A stretch of DNA of 64,000 nt from a virus. Each line of letters starts with the position of its first letter. Position 1 is the first letter of the stretch. Position numbers and translations under genes: made by a program. The stretch spans positions 32,001 to 96,000 of IMG/VR virus record IMGVR_UViG_3300032087_002150; one strand, 5' to 3'. Positions 45,975 to 55,799 of the stretch are shown here, piece after piece. The notes under the pieces were generated by a model. It saw nothing but the letters and a program-made list of their open reading frames with translations, did no database searches and had not been told where the DNA came from.

Positions 45975-47407
45975 ATTTGATACCTTATAAAATCTCCGTG
46001 GGGCAAGCAATCTTGCCTCATACTATAAACTTGCTGTTTCCTATGATTGTAAAATAGGTTCGCCTCTTCAGATAGGTCTAATATTTGAAGATAGTTTTTA
46101 ACAGCATCCTCACTTATCATACCGAGACCGTTAGCAACTTGCAAGTATCCATGCGAACCGAAACTTGTAATGTTAGAAACAACGTCAAAATCTTTTTCCG
46201 TCAACATAGTATACTTTAATTGTTCATGAAAAGCAACTATCCATTCCGGAGTGGACTCATCCATGTATCGCCAAAAGTCAGTGTCAGTTCTTCTTGTATA
46301 ATAATGAAAACGCAAGAAGTCTAACACTTCATCAAACATCAGGCGACATCGTTTATTGTACATCAACCTTTGATAGGATAGGTTGTCATGTAACAAACAA
46401 TCTGCTAGAAGTTCCGCTTGAATAATGGTAGACTGTATTGTAGTCGCCTCTAATGGTTCAACGAATCCGCTAGAAAGTCCGACTGTTATACAGTTACTGA
46501 TCCACTGTTCTTCAAGATACCCAACCTCAAAGGGCACGACTCGCCCATCAACTTCCTTGCCAACTATTCTGGTGAGGTCATCCATCGCCTCATCATCTGA
46601 CAGGAACTTATCTGAATAGATGTAACCGTTACCGTGTCGATGCTGTAACGGAACTCTCCACATCCAACCATTACCAGTTGCCTCTGCTAGAGTGTAGTTC
46701 GGCAAATCATTCATATCCGCTTCGGTTTGAAACGCGATAGATCTATTGTTTGGTATTAGGTGAGTCTTGTCAATATAGGTTGGATCGAAGTTGTCAATTA
46801 ATAATCGGGAGAATCCAGTGGCATCAATGTATACATCACCAACATGTATTGAACCGTCCTCTAACTCGATACCAGAAATCAATCCATCATAACTTACGAT
46901 GACTTCTTTCAACACCCCATCAACTATCTTGAGGCAATCGGAGCATCTCTTTTGTACATACTCCCCGAACTCAAATGTGTTGATGTGAATAGCATAGTGA
47001 TCTAGATGCGGCGAGCACATTCTACGATCAGTATAATATTCATCGATGCCTACACCAGAAAATGTTGACTTGTTTAGTTTACTGGCGCAGTAGAGTAGGT
47101 TCAACCCAGGATAACTGTTATGATCATCAAACTGTTTGAAGTTGTGATAATAATAAGAACCGTCGTTTAACCAGTTCTTGAACTTAACACCATACTTGAT
47201 GGTGCTATTAGTATTTTCTAACAGATCCTGAGTTGATATTCTTACACGATTAAGGTAAGAATGAATGGCAGGGGTGGTACTTTCGCCGACCCCAATACCT
47301 TTGTTAGAATGGTCGTAGATAATCGTGACATCATAACCAGAGCGAGCAAGAAAAGTTGCTACGATACTCCCGCTGGTTGATCCACCTACAACTACAACCT
47401 TCTTCAT
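45965..47407 (-). CDS. Tryptophan halogenase-family flavoprotein
   Basis: [35 protein letters not shown]. Confidence 0.9.
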   Translation of the reverse strand: MKKVVVVGGSTSGSIVATFLARSGYDVTIIYDHSNKGIGVGESTTPAIHSYLNRVRISTQDLLENTNSTIKYGVKFKNWLNDGSYYYHNFKQFDDHNSYPGLNLLYCASKLNKSTFSGVGIDEYYTDRRMCSPHLDHYAIHINTFEFGEYVQKRCSDCLKIVDGVLKEVIVSYDGLISGIELEDGSIHVGDVYIDATGFSRLLIDNFDPTYIDKTHLIPNNRSIAFQTEADMNDLPNYTLAEATGNGWMWRVPLQHRHGNGYIYSDKFLSDDEAMDDLTRIVGKEVDGRVVPFEVGYLEEQWISNCITVGLSSGFVEPLEATTIQSTIIQAELLADCLLHDNLSYQRLMYNKRCRLMFDEVLDFLRFHYYTRRTDTDFWRYMDESTPEWIVAFHEQLKYTMLTEKDFDVVSNITSFGSHGYLQVANGLGMISEDAVKNYLQILDLSEEANLFYNHRKQQVYSMRQDCLPHGDFIRYQIGD

Positions 47408-47419
47408 AGAAAGAGGGTA

Positions 47420-47439
47420 GGTGTTGCCGAAGCAACACC
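47420..47439 (-). terminator. cUUCGg hairpin (terminator or stabiliser)
   Basis: GGTGTTGC-TTCG-GCAACACC after the HTH gene; weak U-tract. Confidence 0.55.
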
Positions 47440-47446
47440 GTCCTAT

Positions 47447-47689
47447 TTACGCACCCAGTGCAGCGTAACCAGCAGCGACTACTGCGCGAGTAGGAGTACC
47501 CATGCGGTAGAACGACTTGGTTTGACCCTTGCTGTTAGTGCGCTCATTTGCGTAGATGGCGAAACCATCTGCTCGCAGAGAACGAACTACTTCGTAGGGG
47601 TTCTTAACGCCGAAACGAGCAGAGATCTGCTTAGCAGTCAGTTGCTCACCAGTTGTAAGTGCTTCAAGCACGCGTGCCTTCGTAGACAT
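47447..47689 (-). CDS. Winged-HTH DNA-binding protein conserved in T4-like phages
   Basis: LTAKQISARFGVKNP...LR..G..IY...YRMGTP. Confidence 0.75.
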   Translation of the reverse strand: MSTKARVLEALTTGEQLTAKQISARFGVKNPYEVVRSLRADGFAIYANERTNSKGQTKSFYRMGTPTRAVVAAGYAALGA

Positions 47690-47743
47690 AATATAACTCC
47701 TCAAGAGTTTTCAAGTTTAACAATGCGCAGAATTGCGCGTTCA

Positions 47744-48292
47744 CTACAATGATTCAAGATAGGAAAGGATGCTCTGAGGAGAAGTGACTTCATATGGATC
47801 ACTTTCACAGTCATCTTCCTTTCCTGGTTCCTCGAACCAATGTAATACGTTTCCGTCATCAATCACAGCGGCATAGCGCCAAGAGCGACGACCGAATCCT
47901 AGATTATCCTTCGCAACCAGCATCTGCATACCATGGGTAAACTGCGCTGATCCATCAGGAAGCATCTTAACATTCTGAACACCTTGCGCTTTCGCCCAAG
48001 CATTCATAACGAAAGAGTCGTTCACGGAGACACAATAGATGTCTTGGATTCCATGAAATCTCTTAAACTTCTGATGCAACTTATCAAAGTCAGGCAACTG
48101 ATAAGTTGAACATGTTGGGGTAAACGCACCTGGCAAAGAAAAGACGAGCACACGGCGACCATGAAAAATCTCGGCGGTGCTTACATCTTGCCAACGATAA
48201 GGGTTGTCACCTTCAATAGATTCATCTCGGACACGTGTCTTAAACACCATATCTGGTACACGAGATACCTTATCAGTCTTGATCTTCTCCAT
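47744..48292 (-). CDS. Peroxiredoxin (Prx5/redoxin type)
   Basis: LPGAFTPTCS, SVNDSFVM.AW, GFG.RSWRY. Confidence 0.93.
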   Translation of the reverse strand: MEKIKTDKVSRVPDMVFKTRVRDESIEGDNPYRWQDVSTAEIFHGRRVLVFSLPGAFTPTCSTYQLPDFDKLHQKFKRFHGIQDIYCVSVNDSFVMNAWAKAQGVQNVKMLPDGSAQFTHGMQMLVAKDNLGFGRRSWRYAAVIDDGNVLHWFEEPGKEDDCESDPYEVTSPQSILSYLESL

Positions 48293-48308
48293 TACTGGAT
48301 TCTCCTAC

Positions 48309-48527
48309 TTACTCGTTTTCGCTGTGGAACTGTTCGCACATCTGAGCAATCTGTACACACTGGTCGCGGAGTTGACCAATCGCGGACATTTCTTCACCTT
48401 TTACTGCGCCTCGCTGACACATAGCATCAAGTACACTGATAGTGGTGCGCGAAGTACGGAAAGAAGCATCATAGATGGGACGAACATCGTCCAGTTTAAA
48501 AGTTTTGGTTTCAGTCTTAGACGACAT
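48309..48527 (-). CDS. Conserved hypothetical protein
   Basis: DA.CQRGA.KGEE.S.IG.LR. Confidence 0.65.
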   Translation of the reverse strand: MSSKTETKTFKLDDVRPIYDASFRTSRTTISVLDAMCQRGAVKGEEMSAIGQLRDQCVQIAQMCEQFHSENE

Positions 48528-48529
48528 AT

Positions 48530-49207
48530 TTATTCTCCATAAGTTGAGGATGGTTCGAGTGCTACGATATATTTGATATCTCCAGTATCTTTCTTCCACT
48601 CGGTGATCATTTTACTGGAAATAGAAACCTCATAGTCGCCCTCAATCATTTTAAGATTGCCGATGTTCGCGACAAGTTTAAAATCATCAATGTCAGATGA
48701 CCCAGGAACGATGAGGTCAAATGAGTTAGAAGTTGGATCAGTCACATCTACAACTGACAACTTGATGCCGTTCTCACTTGGCAGGATACTCATTTTCTCA
48801 TGACCGAGAGCGGATGCTGCTCGGCGAAGTCGATTCAACGTAGTTGAGTTGATATTAAACTTAGCAACTTCATCAGGCAAGGTGATCGACTTTTCAGTGA
48901 AGGTAAGGATCTCCTCAGAAGCATAGTAATACTTACAACTGTTGAGTCCAGTCCCGTCTGAAACTACCAGATGATCGTCATTGAAAGTTAGATGATGATC
49001 ATCCAAGATACTGATTACTGACAAGAACTCTCCCATATCATAAAGACCGAATCGCTTAGGGAAATCCTGATCTAGAGTTGCTTCCGCGAGAATACTTTTA
49101 CCGCCAGATAGACTGTTCAAGGTATTCTGTTCTCGGATCAACATGTTTGGATTAATACTCGCAAAGTTCTGAAGAACCTTTAAAGTGTTTTCATTGAGTT
49201 GCATCAT
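48530..49207 (-). CDS. 45: Sliding clamp gp45
   Basis: TL..L.NFASIN, F.LYD..EFL, NLK...GDY.V.IS, YIVALE. Confidence 0.92.
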   Translation of the reverse strand: MMQLNENTLKVLQNFASINPNMLIREQNTLNSLSGGKSILAEATLDQDFPKRFGLYDMGEFLSVISILDDHHLTFNDDHLVVSDGTGLNSCKYYYASEEILTFTEKSITLPDEVAKFNINSTTLNRLRRAASALGHEKMSILPSENGIKLSVVDVTDPTSNSFDLIVPGSSDIDDFKLVANIGNLKMIEGDYEVSISSKMITEWKKDTGDIKYIVALEPSSTYGE

Positions 49208-49351
49208 TATCTCCTTCTTCAGATTCGATACGCCATAATATATCTTCAACAGCAGTTATGTAACCAGTGATCCATAACTCACTCTGCTCATAGTATCCTT
49301 TCCTTGCTTCCTTAATGATGTTGTAGAGGAAAGGTTTTAAGTCTTCAACCA

Positions 49352-50014
49352 TCATTTAATAAATGCCCACGTGGAGTCGTATGCTATCAAAGAACGAGGT
49401 TCGTCAAGAGTCTCACGGAACTTACGAACCTGATCACGAACTCCTCGATCATTCCAATCATGCCCAGAAAACAATCCACCTGTTTTGACTTTTGGCCACC
49501 ACTCGCGCAGTTCCCGAGCACATTGCTCTTCACTCAGATAGGCGTCTAAGAAAACGAAGTCTAGACTATCATCTTCAAACTGCTTCACTGCTTCGCTGGT
49601 ATCCATCTCCAAATATTCACCACGATCTTGCGCACCACTGTGGCGAAGGAAATGATATGCCATACCTCGCGCAAGTTCCATCTCCTGAATATTGGTAGTC
49701 TTTCCTGCTCGCGTCCCATCGGTACCAATGTAATCTTCATAGGGAACCCAAGCATCGACACCATATAGTTTTTTGATGTTAGGGCAGCATTGTAGCAAAG
49801 CACAGAATGAGTCGCCACGGTACAAACCAACCTCAGCACCAATGATATCTTCACCCAACGTGCCGATAGTCATAATCAAGGCACGGATATCGGGATAAGT
49901 GATCGTGAAGTTGTAGGGTTTATACCCTTCTTGCTTGGTAAACTGGTCACCAATAGTTGGTTCCAGTTCACGGCGACGGTCAACCCAAGTATCTGGTGGA
50001 TATTTCTTCAACAT
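49352..50014 (-). CDS. Class I SAM methyltransferase (Methyltransf_24-like)
   Basis: GAEVG..RG, DFVFLDA, GG.FSGHD; TTGACA-16-TAGAAT upstream. Confidence 0.82.
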   Translation of the reverse strand: MLKKYPPDTWVDRRRELEPTIGDQFTKQEGYKPYNFTITYPDIRALIMTIGTLGEDIIGAEVGLYRGDSFCALLQCCPNIKKLYGVDAWVPYEDYIGTDGTRAGKTTNIQEMELARGMAYHFLRHSGAQDRGEYLEMDTSEAVKQFEDDSLDFVFLDAYLSEEQCARELREWWPKVKTGGLFSGHDWNDRGVRDQVRKFRETLDEPRSLIAYDSTWAFIK

Positions 50015-50037
50015 AACTATATTCTACCTATCCAAAC

Positions 50038-51174
50038 TCAAATGTCAAGCTCTTCAGAGGAATTATTTTCCTCAGTCTCAACTCTGTCGTCGAGTTTAGT
50101 ATATAGGTCACGGAAGGCAAGTTTTGTCTCATCGTCGAAACGATTCGTGCACATCTCGATGGCAGTCATGCGATCACCAAAGATGGCGAATGCCTTGACG
50201 ATATGAACCAGTCGACGCGTCGAGATGATCTCATCAACGCCACCATCCATAAAAGTCTTGCGAATGATATCCGCCCAGTCGACGAGTTTCTGAATGTAAT
50301 CAGGGTCATTGACCTCAACAGACTCAGCAACCTTGTCGAGAATCCTACGCTCGATAGAAACGGAAGGATACTCCTGCTCACAGGTGATCGGATAACGCTC
50401 AAGGAATGCTTCGTTGAGGATGTTAGTACCGATGAAGCGACCATCGTCAGATCCCTTCCCCTTCGTGTTCGCTGTAGCAACCACGGTGAACCCATGAGCA
50501 GGAGTGATATACTCACCAGTTTTCTTGATGAAGTATCCCTTGCCCTCAAGGATAGACTGAAGACACATGACTTTGGCAGGGTTCGCCAAGTCGATCTCGT
50601 CGCAGAGCAGGACGGCACCCTTCTCCATCGCCTTGATGACTGGTCCCTTGAAAAACTTGGTATCACCGTTGACCAAACGGAAACCACCAATCAGATCGTC
50701 CTCGTCAGTCTCGACGGTGAAGTTGACGCGAATGACTTCGCGTTTGGTCGCGGCACATGCCTGCTCAACCATGTAGGTCTTGCCATTACCAGACAAACCA
50801 GTAATGAAGATAGGATAGAACTGCTTCGACTTGATCACGTCACGCACGGTGCGGAAGTTGCCGAAGGGCACGAACAACGCATCCTTGTTAGGAATCAGGT
50901 TGTGCTCAAACCCATCACTGTCCACGATCAATGAAGCAGTGGGAGCGGGAGCGGGAGCAACCACAACTGGCGCAGCAGGCGCAGAACCATCGACAGCAGG
51001 AATGCGGTACATATTACGACCCACACGTGTATCTTTGTTCAGTGCCCAGTGAGGGAATCCCTGACCGATGTTCTCGGCGGTCTCCACCAGTTCGGCACGT
51101 GAATAGTTCTGCTTTTCACCGAAGTTGGCGATCAGTGCTGAAACCAATTCTTTGCGTTGCTCAATCTTGCTCAT
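50038..51174 (-). CDS. MoxR/CobS-like AAA+ ATPase
   Basis: GLSGNGKT, ETDEDDL.GG, DEID, ATANTKG, NEAFLER, STRRL. Confidence 0.92.
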   Translation of the reverse strand: MSKIEQRKELVSALIANFGEKQNYSRAELVETAENIGQGFPHWALNKDTRVGRNMYRIPAVDGSAPAAPVVVAPAPAPTASLIVDSDGFEHNLIPNKDALFVPFGNFRTVRDVIKSKQFYPIFITGLSGNGKTYMVEQACAATKREVIRVNFTVETDEDDLIGGFRLVNGDTKFFKGPVIKAMEKGAVLLCDEIDLANPAKVMCLQSILEGKGYFIKKTGEYITPAHGFTVVATANTKGKGSDDGRFIGTNILNEAFLERYPITCEQEYPSVSIERRILDKVAESVEVNDPDYIQKLVDWADIIRKTFMDGGVDEIISTRRLVHIVKAFAIFGDRMTAIEMCTNRFDDETKLAFRDLYTKLDDRVETEENNSSEELDI

Positions 51175-51209
51175 AACAATATCTCTCTTTTAACTCAATC
51201 AATACAACT

Positions 51210-51270
51210 ATTATGAATGAAAACGTGTCCAAAAGCAAATCTGAAATACTCTAATAGAATCAATAACTTA
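51210..51270 (-). promoter_or_regulatory. sigma70 promoter with IHF-like box
   Basis: TTGCTT(51233-38)-17-CATAAT(51210-15); AATCAA-TAAC-TTA at 51258-70. Confidence 0.75.
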
Positions 51271-53604
51271 GGCAACCTTCGCCACCAAGTCATTGAGCAT
51301 CTTGCGGGACTTCTTGCTACCAACCATTGACTTGCGGAAGGCAGTGCGGAGGCGACTCTTGGTCGCACCCTGTAGGGTATCGTCGATCTTGCTGTCAACA
51401 ATCATCAGGGATGACTTGCGGATCAGGTAGCACTCATCATATCCGACAGCAGGCATAGTGATGAATCCTTCCTTACTGTACTGATGCCAGAGGTCATCCA
51501 TAACAGTCCAATCTTTGAACCCGACCATACTGCCATAGTCACTTTCCATGTGGCGGCGACTGTTCTCAGCGATACGATATCCGATCACGTTGCTACCAGT
51601 TGCATTCTTGTACATGGCGAGAAGCATATCGGTCGCCTGAACATTGCGATAGTCATACTTCTTGTTGCCACGGAAAGTTCGGTTGGTCAACGGGCAGGTG
51701 ATAGTCACATACCCATCGCGATACAGGTTGCTGCGAACAGGACTGTACTGATGACCAACAGCGTCCATCTCGTGAGACATGCCATCCGTCAAGAAGAAGG
51801 TGTTGAGCACGTCGAGTTGATGTTGCTTGCGGAAAGCAATCGCCAAGGGTGTGCCGATAGCGATCGCCTCGTCCATAGGTGTACCGCCAAGACGGAAAGC
51901 ATCAAGTTCAAGGAACCTTCGCGCACAATGCCAGAAAGAACGACCGTTGATGTCGCCGATATTGTTGGCGAGTTCAATCATGCGCTTCTTGCTGACGTTA
52001 CGACAAAACTGAGCAAGCAATGCCTTAGCGATAAGAATCATATCTGGTTTACGCTGATCGCTGCTGAACAACTCAAGGAGGCGACCGTCTTGGACGAGAA
52101 GCGTGCCCTTGTTCATATCACGTTGATCAACAATGTTTCCATGATAGGACAGCGAGTTGGTGAAACCATACACGCGGAAGGGCACGTTGATCTGTCGACA
52201 GAAGTGAGTCAGGAGCAGAGTCTGCTCGACAGTCTCATACATGACGTCGTACATAGAACCTGACATGTCAAGGTACATAATGAAACCATGGTTCTTGCCT
52301 TCAGGTACAATGGTGACTTTCTTAAAGATATCGTCAGAGAACTTGTAGTTGTTCATCTTGACCGTGTCGATGACACCAGTTTTAGAAGTCAAGGAACGAC
52401 GATGTTCGCCAGCAGACTTCTTCATCTCAAACTCTTTGACCATAGCATTGACTGCTTTCTTATTGACACGCGACCACTCGTTGTAGAGCGCAGTGCCAAA
52501 AGTTTCAATCATCTCAAGACGAATCTCGGTCTCTGCCTCAATACGTTCGGAACGCCAAGTTTCTAAATCACGGTCATTTATCTTGTAAGAGATGAGGTCG
52601 CCGTTACGAATCTCATTGACTAAATCCTTGTGCGAGATAACGTAATCGCTCCAGTTGCGAGTGTAGTCATTGACGCGGAGGTTGGTCACCTTACCACCAT
52701 GCGTAGTGTAGATCTCATTGTTGATCGAATCACGCAAGGTCTTGTCGGTGTTAGACATGGGTTCAGCGGGAGCACCACCTGCCTGATCGGAGAAGGAATC
52801 ATAGTCGCCTTCCCACTCACCTTCTTCCTCCTCACCATCTTCATAGTCAGAGGATGTTGGCGAACCTGAGTTGTCGTCGGTGTAGTCGTCACCCTGTTCA
52901 GAAGCAGACTCCCCTGCTTCAGATTCCATGAGTTCTTCATCAGAGTCATCTTCGTCCCAACCCATGGCAGGTTCATCGTCATCCTGCTCCTCGCCTTCTT
53001 CCTCGGCAAGTTCTTGAGCACGTTGCTTCGCTTCTTCCTGTTGCTGCTCAAGTTCTTCCTTACAGAAACCAAACAGGTCGTCGGTGATAGAAACAACGTC
53101 TTCCCAAGTTTCGGCATTTTCAATACGGGGCAACCACTGCTTCTCGTCGTCAGTAAACTTGACGCCAGCAGACATACCGCACTTGAAGTAAGTATTGATG
53201 CGGTCAATCAAACCCATCTGGTTAATCGCGTCGATGTCAGCACCGAAGAAACCATCGGCGAGCAGTTTACGATAAGACTTGATGAAAGGAGCACGCAGAC
53301 CAGGATACTTGCGCTGGATCAACTTCTCGATCCGAGCATCCTCGACCACGTTGAGGAATGACTTGTAACCAGCACCCTTGGCGCATACAGCGTCATGCCA
53401 ACCTTCAAGGGGAGTGTAAAGAGCGTGACCCACCTCGTGACCAATCAGGTGGTCCTCGGTATAAGCAGAAACATCTGCCCACATAGGCAGAGTCAGTACA
53501 CGGTTCTTGACATCAAACATAGCAGTCCGCACGTTGTCCTGTACGACCGTGATGTTCTCGGTCGCTAGAAGTTTGGCGGTAACTGACTTTGCTGCTTGAT
53601 CCAT
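51268..53604 (-). CDS. HEXXH peptidase-like plus vWA (CobT-like) protein
   Basis: GHEVGHAL, NVVEDARIE, acidic linker, MIDAS DMSGSM, GGTP, LTDG. Confidence 0.85.
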   Translation of the reverse strand: MDQAAKSVTAKLLATENITVVQDNVRTAMFDVKNRVLTLPMWADVSAYTEDHLIGHEVGHALYTPLEGWHDAVCAKGAGYKSFLNVVEDARIEKLIQRKYPGLRAPFIKSYRKLLADGFFGADIDAINQMGLIDRINTYFKCGMSAGVKFTDDEKQWLPRIENAETWEDVVSITDDLFGFCKEELEQQQEEAKQRAQELAEEEGEEQDDDEPAMGWDEDDSDEELMESEAGESASEQGDDYTDDNSGSPTSSDYEDGEEEEGEWEGDYDSFSDQAGGAPAEPMSNTDKTLRDSINNEIYTTHGGKVTNLRVNDYTRNWSDYVISHKDLVNEIRNGDLISYKINDRDLETWRSERIEAETEIRLEMIETFGTALYNEWSRVNKKAVNAMVKEFEMKKSAGEHRRSLTSKTGVIDTVKMNNYKFSDDIFKKVTIVPEGKNHGFIMYLDMSGSMYDVMYETVEQTLLLTHFCRQINVPFRVYGFTNSLSYHGNIVDQRDMNKGTLLVQDGRLLELFSSDQRKPDMILIAKALLAQFCRNVSKKRMIELANNIGDINGRSFWHCARRFLELDAFRLGGTPMDEAIAIGTPLAIAFRKQHQLDVLNTFFLTDGMSHEMDAVGHQYSPVRSNLYRDGYVTITCPLTNRTFRGNKKYDYRNVQATDMLLAMYKNATGSNVIGYRIAENSRRHMESDYGSMVGFKDWTVMDDLWHQYSKEGFITMPAVGYDECYLIRKSSLMIVDSKIDDTLQGATKSRLRTAFRKSMVGSKKSRKMLNDLVAKVA

Positions 53605-53628
53605 ATCTTTCTCCTCAACTCAGACTAT

Positions 53629-53689
53629 ATTATGACTGAATCTGGGTACAAAGTAAAGTCTAAAAAACTCTAATGAAATCAATAACTTA
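53629..53689 (-). promoter_or_regulatory. sigma70 promoter with IHF-like box
   Basis: TTTACT(53652-57)-17-CATAAT(53629-34); AATCAA-TAAC-TTA at 53677-89. Confidence 0.75.
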
Positions 53690-53932
53690 GAAATCGAAAT
53701 GCTCAACGCGAGCATATTCAGGGTATTCAGCGGCGAGTTCTTCGGCATGAACCGCATACTCAAAGAAGAAAGTATGCTGATAGTTGTCAGTCCATGTCTC
53801 GAAATGCCATGCTTTTTTAGGCAGGTGTTCTTTGCACCATTCGCGACCTTCAAAGAATAGGTCAGAGTGCAGGTGGCAAGCAGTTCCTGGTCGCCACCTG
53901 AGTTTGTACTCAAAGATTTCTTGAGGTGTCAA
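53687..53932 (-). CDS. Conserved hypothetical protein
   Basis: TPQEIFEYK.RW...HSD...WCK...T..Y.HT..FE; TTG start. Confidence 0.6.
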   Translation of the reverse strand: MTPQEIFEYKLRWRPGTACHLHSDLFFEGREWCKEHLPKKAWHFETWTDNYQHTFFFEYAVHAEELAAEYPEYARVEHFDF

Positions 53933-54498
53933 AGCATAGACTCCAATGAGTTGTGCTGCCAGTCAGAGATACGATCCCATTGAACTTCCCAGAGCATCTC
54001 CTGACCTTCTTCGTCAAACTCGCGTTCTTCAGGGTCAAAGTGCGCTCGAAGTTCTTCATCGTTCTCGAGGCACATGTCGATAAACTCATCGCTCTCAAGT
54101 TCTTCTTGATCTTCCAGACCGCCAGCATCAAAGACTGCGCAACCAATAAAGTTACAGAACTCGTCTTCATATGTCAAGGCGAGGCGAACGCCAGCATCTA
54201 CCACACCAATCTGTTCAGCAAGGTAAGCGCAGAACTCGATACAGGGTGACCAAGCAGAATACATAGACAGACCATACTCATCATGATCTGTAAGGTATGC
54301 CCACTTCGCGCCAACGAGGTCGCACATATTCTCTCGATTCATATCGTCGTAGGAATCAAAGAAAACAAACCCAAGATGCTTCTCACCACCTTGAGTATCG
54401 TCTCGATCCAATCGACCAAGGATTTCGTTCCAAACCTCACGACCCTTCTCATTCAACTCAGAACGGAGACTGAGGTATTGACTCACATGATTTGCCAT
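53929..54498 (-). CDS. YubB/DUF1281-like protein
   Basis: MANHV...GAKW...SAWSP...YEDE. Confidence 0.6.
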   Translation of the reverse strand: MANHVSQYLSLRSELNEKGREVWNEILGRLDRDDTQGGEKHLGFVFFDSYDDMNRENMCDLVGAKWAYLTDHDEYGLSMYSAWSPCIEFCAYLAEQIGVVDAGVRLALTYEDEFCNFIGCAVFDAGGLEDQEELESDEFIDMCLENDEELRAHFDPEEREFDEEGQEMLWEVQWDRISDWQHNSLESML

Positions 54499-54531
54499 AG
54501 TATCCTCCTAGTTTGATAAGGCAACTTTATT

Positions 54532-54592
54532 ATTCTGCCTGAATAAAACCGCAAAGGCAAATCTAAAAAACTTTAAGATAATCAAGGACTTA
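54532..54592 (-). promoter_or_regulatory. sigma70 promoter with IHF-like box
   Basis: TTGCCT(54555-60)-17-CAGAAT(54532-37); AATCAA-GGAC-TTA at 54580-92. Confidence 0.65.
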
Positions 54593-55399
54593 CGCAAAGA
54601 AATCTTCTAGTGAAACGGAACTAGACTTTTCGTACTTGCCTCCACTCTTATCTCGTAGACGAAGTTCAGCGTGCCCAGTAGAACTACGAATGTACATAGA
54701 GCAAAGATCTGGAAACATCTCAGCAATCTTGGTGATCGAATCATGCACATATTGCTCAGTCCTTATAGTTTGTAGTCCACCTTCCTCTTTGTAATAGTTG
54801 GACTTCACTGTGTATTTATCAAGGCGGCACAGTACACCGTGTTTCACATACTGTCGCAGACTATACTCATAGTCCTCGCCATGATTAGTTACACGATCAA
54901 GGTATTCATCATGATCACAAATGACGCCAAACATAGAAGCAATGATATAACAAAGTTTAGAGTAGACTCGATCCTTCATAAAGTATGCGTTCGCAGCTGC
55001 GTAGATACCAAAAGTTTTAGCACCGAGTTCCTCACAGTTTTTAAACCCCTGTTCAATAATCTCAGTGTAGAGATCATCAATGGGTTCTAGAGTTTTCTCA
55101 TCCTTCCTACGTTGTACCTGTTCAATGTCGTCATCAAACATCATCAGGTAAGTGCCCTCTGGGTAATACTTCTCAATCCAGTTACGTTGAGCACCGATAG
55201 TCGGGACACCAACTACAATGTTGCCTCCATACTTGTGTCCAGCAAGTGCCTCTTTGTATACTGCTTCCTCTTCTTCATTCGCAACGAAAACAGTAACACG
55301 TTCAGGTGGGATGTTATGTTCCTCAAATACCTTGAACGTCTTATCTTGAATAGTCTTAGATCGTTGGTAGGAAGGGCAGGCGATTTGATAATCAATCAT
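54590..55399 (-). CDS. TET-associated (TAGT/GREB1-like) glycosyltransferase
   Basis: PSYQR, RNWI, FDDDI, EDYEYSL, GGLQ; ends SVSLEDFFA. Confidence 0.8.
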   Translation of the reverse strand: MIDYQIACPSYQRSKTIQDKTFKVFEEHNIPPERVTVFVANEEEEAVYKEALAGHKYGGNIVVGVPTIGAQRNWIEKYYPEGTYLMMFDDDIEQVQRRKDEKTLEPIDDLYTEIIEQGFKNCEELGAKTFGIYAAANAYFMKDRVYSKLCYIIASMFGVICDHDEYLDRVTNHGEDYEYSLRQYVKHGVLCRLDKYTVKSNYYKEEGGLQTIRTEQYVHDSITKIAEMFPDLCSMYIRSSTGHAELRLRDKSGGKYEKSSSVSLEDFFA

Positions 55400-55799
55400 T
55401 ACAAACTCTCTTTCTTAAATCACTAGAACTAAATCGGTGGTCTCTTTTGTTAAAGTATAGATCGATGTCACGTTTGCGACAAATATCTTTACCAGTAAAA
55501 TCTTTATCCCGATACTCTTCGCCGAGGATACGCACGTTGATATGATACATCGCTAGGATATCTTCTAGGTCTGCCTCAGTAGAGTATGGGATAATCTCAT
55601 CAACGTAGCGAACTGCTTTGAGTTGAGTGTATCTCTCGACGACAGTTTGAATAGGTTGATTTTTGTTAGGACGGTCAAGAGTCGGGTCTACCTGTAGTCC
55701 ACAAATCAAATAATCACATTGGTCTTTGGCATCACGAAGCATTTGTACATGTCCAGCATGCAGCAAATCAAAAGCACTACAAGTAAACCCAACTCTCAT
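55392..55799 (-). CDS. TagD-like cytidylyltransferase
   Basis: SAFDLLHAGH (HXGH), ERY.QL.A..YVDE, R.H.FSSS.LR. Confidence 0.9.
   Translation of the reverse strand: MRVGFTCSAFDLLHAGHVQMLRDAKDQCDYLICGLQVDPTLDRPNKNQPIQTVVERYTQLKAVRYVDEIIPYSTEADLEDILAMYHINVRILGEEYRDKDFTGKDICRKRDIDLYFNKRDHRFSSSDLRKRVCND

Noticed and set aside
50038-53604. Cobalamin biosynthesis (cobS/cobT)
   Set aside because: No cobN or other cob genes; generic MoxR-vWA pair
55392-55799. Teichoic acid synthesis by TagD
   Set aside because: Context is a TET/TAGT operon in a phage of an apparently Gram-negative host
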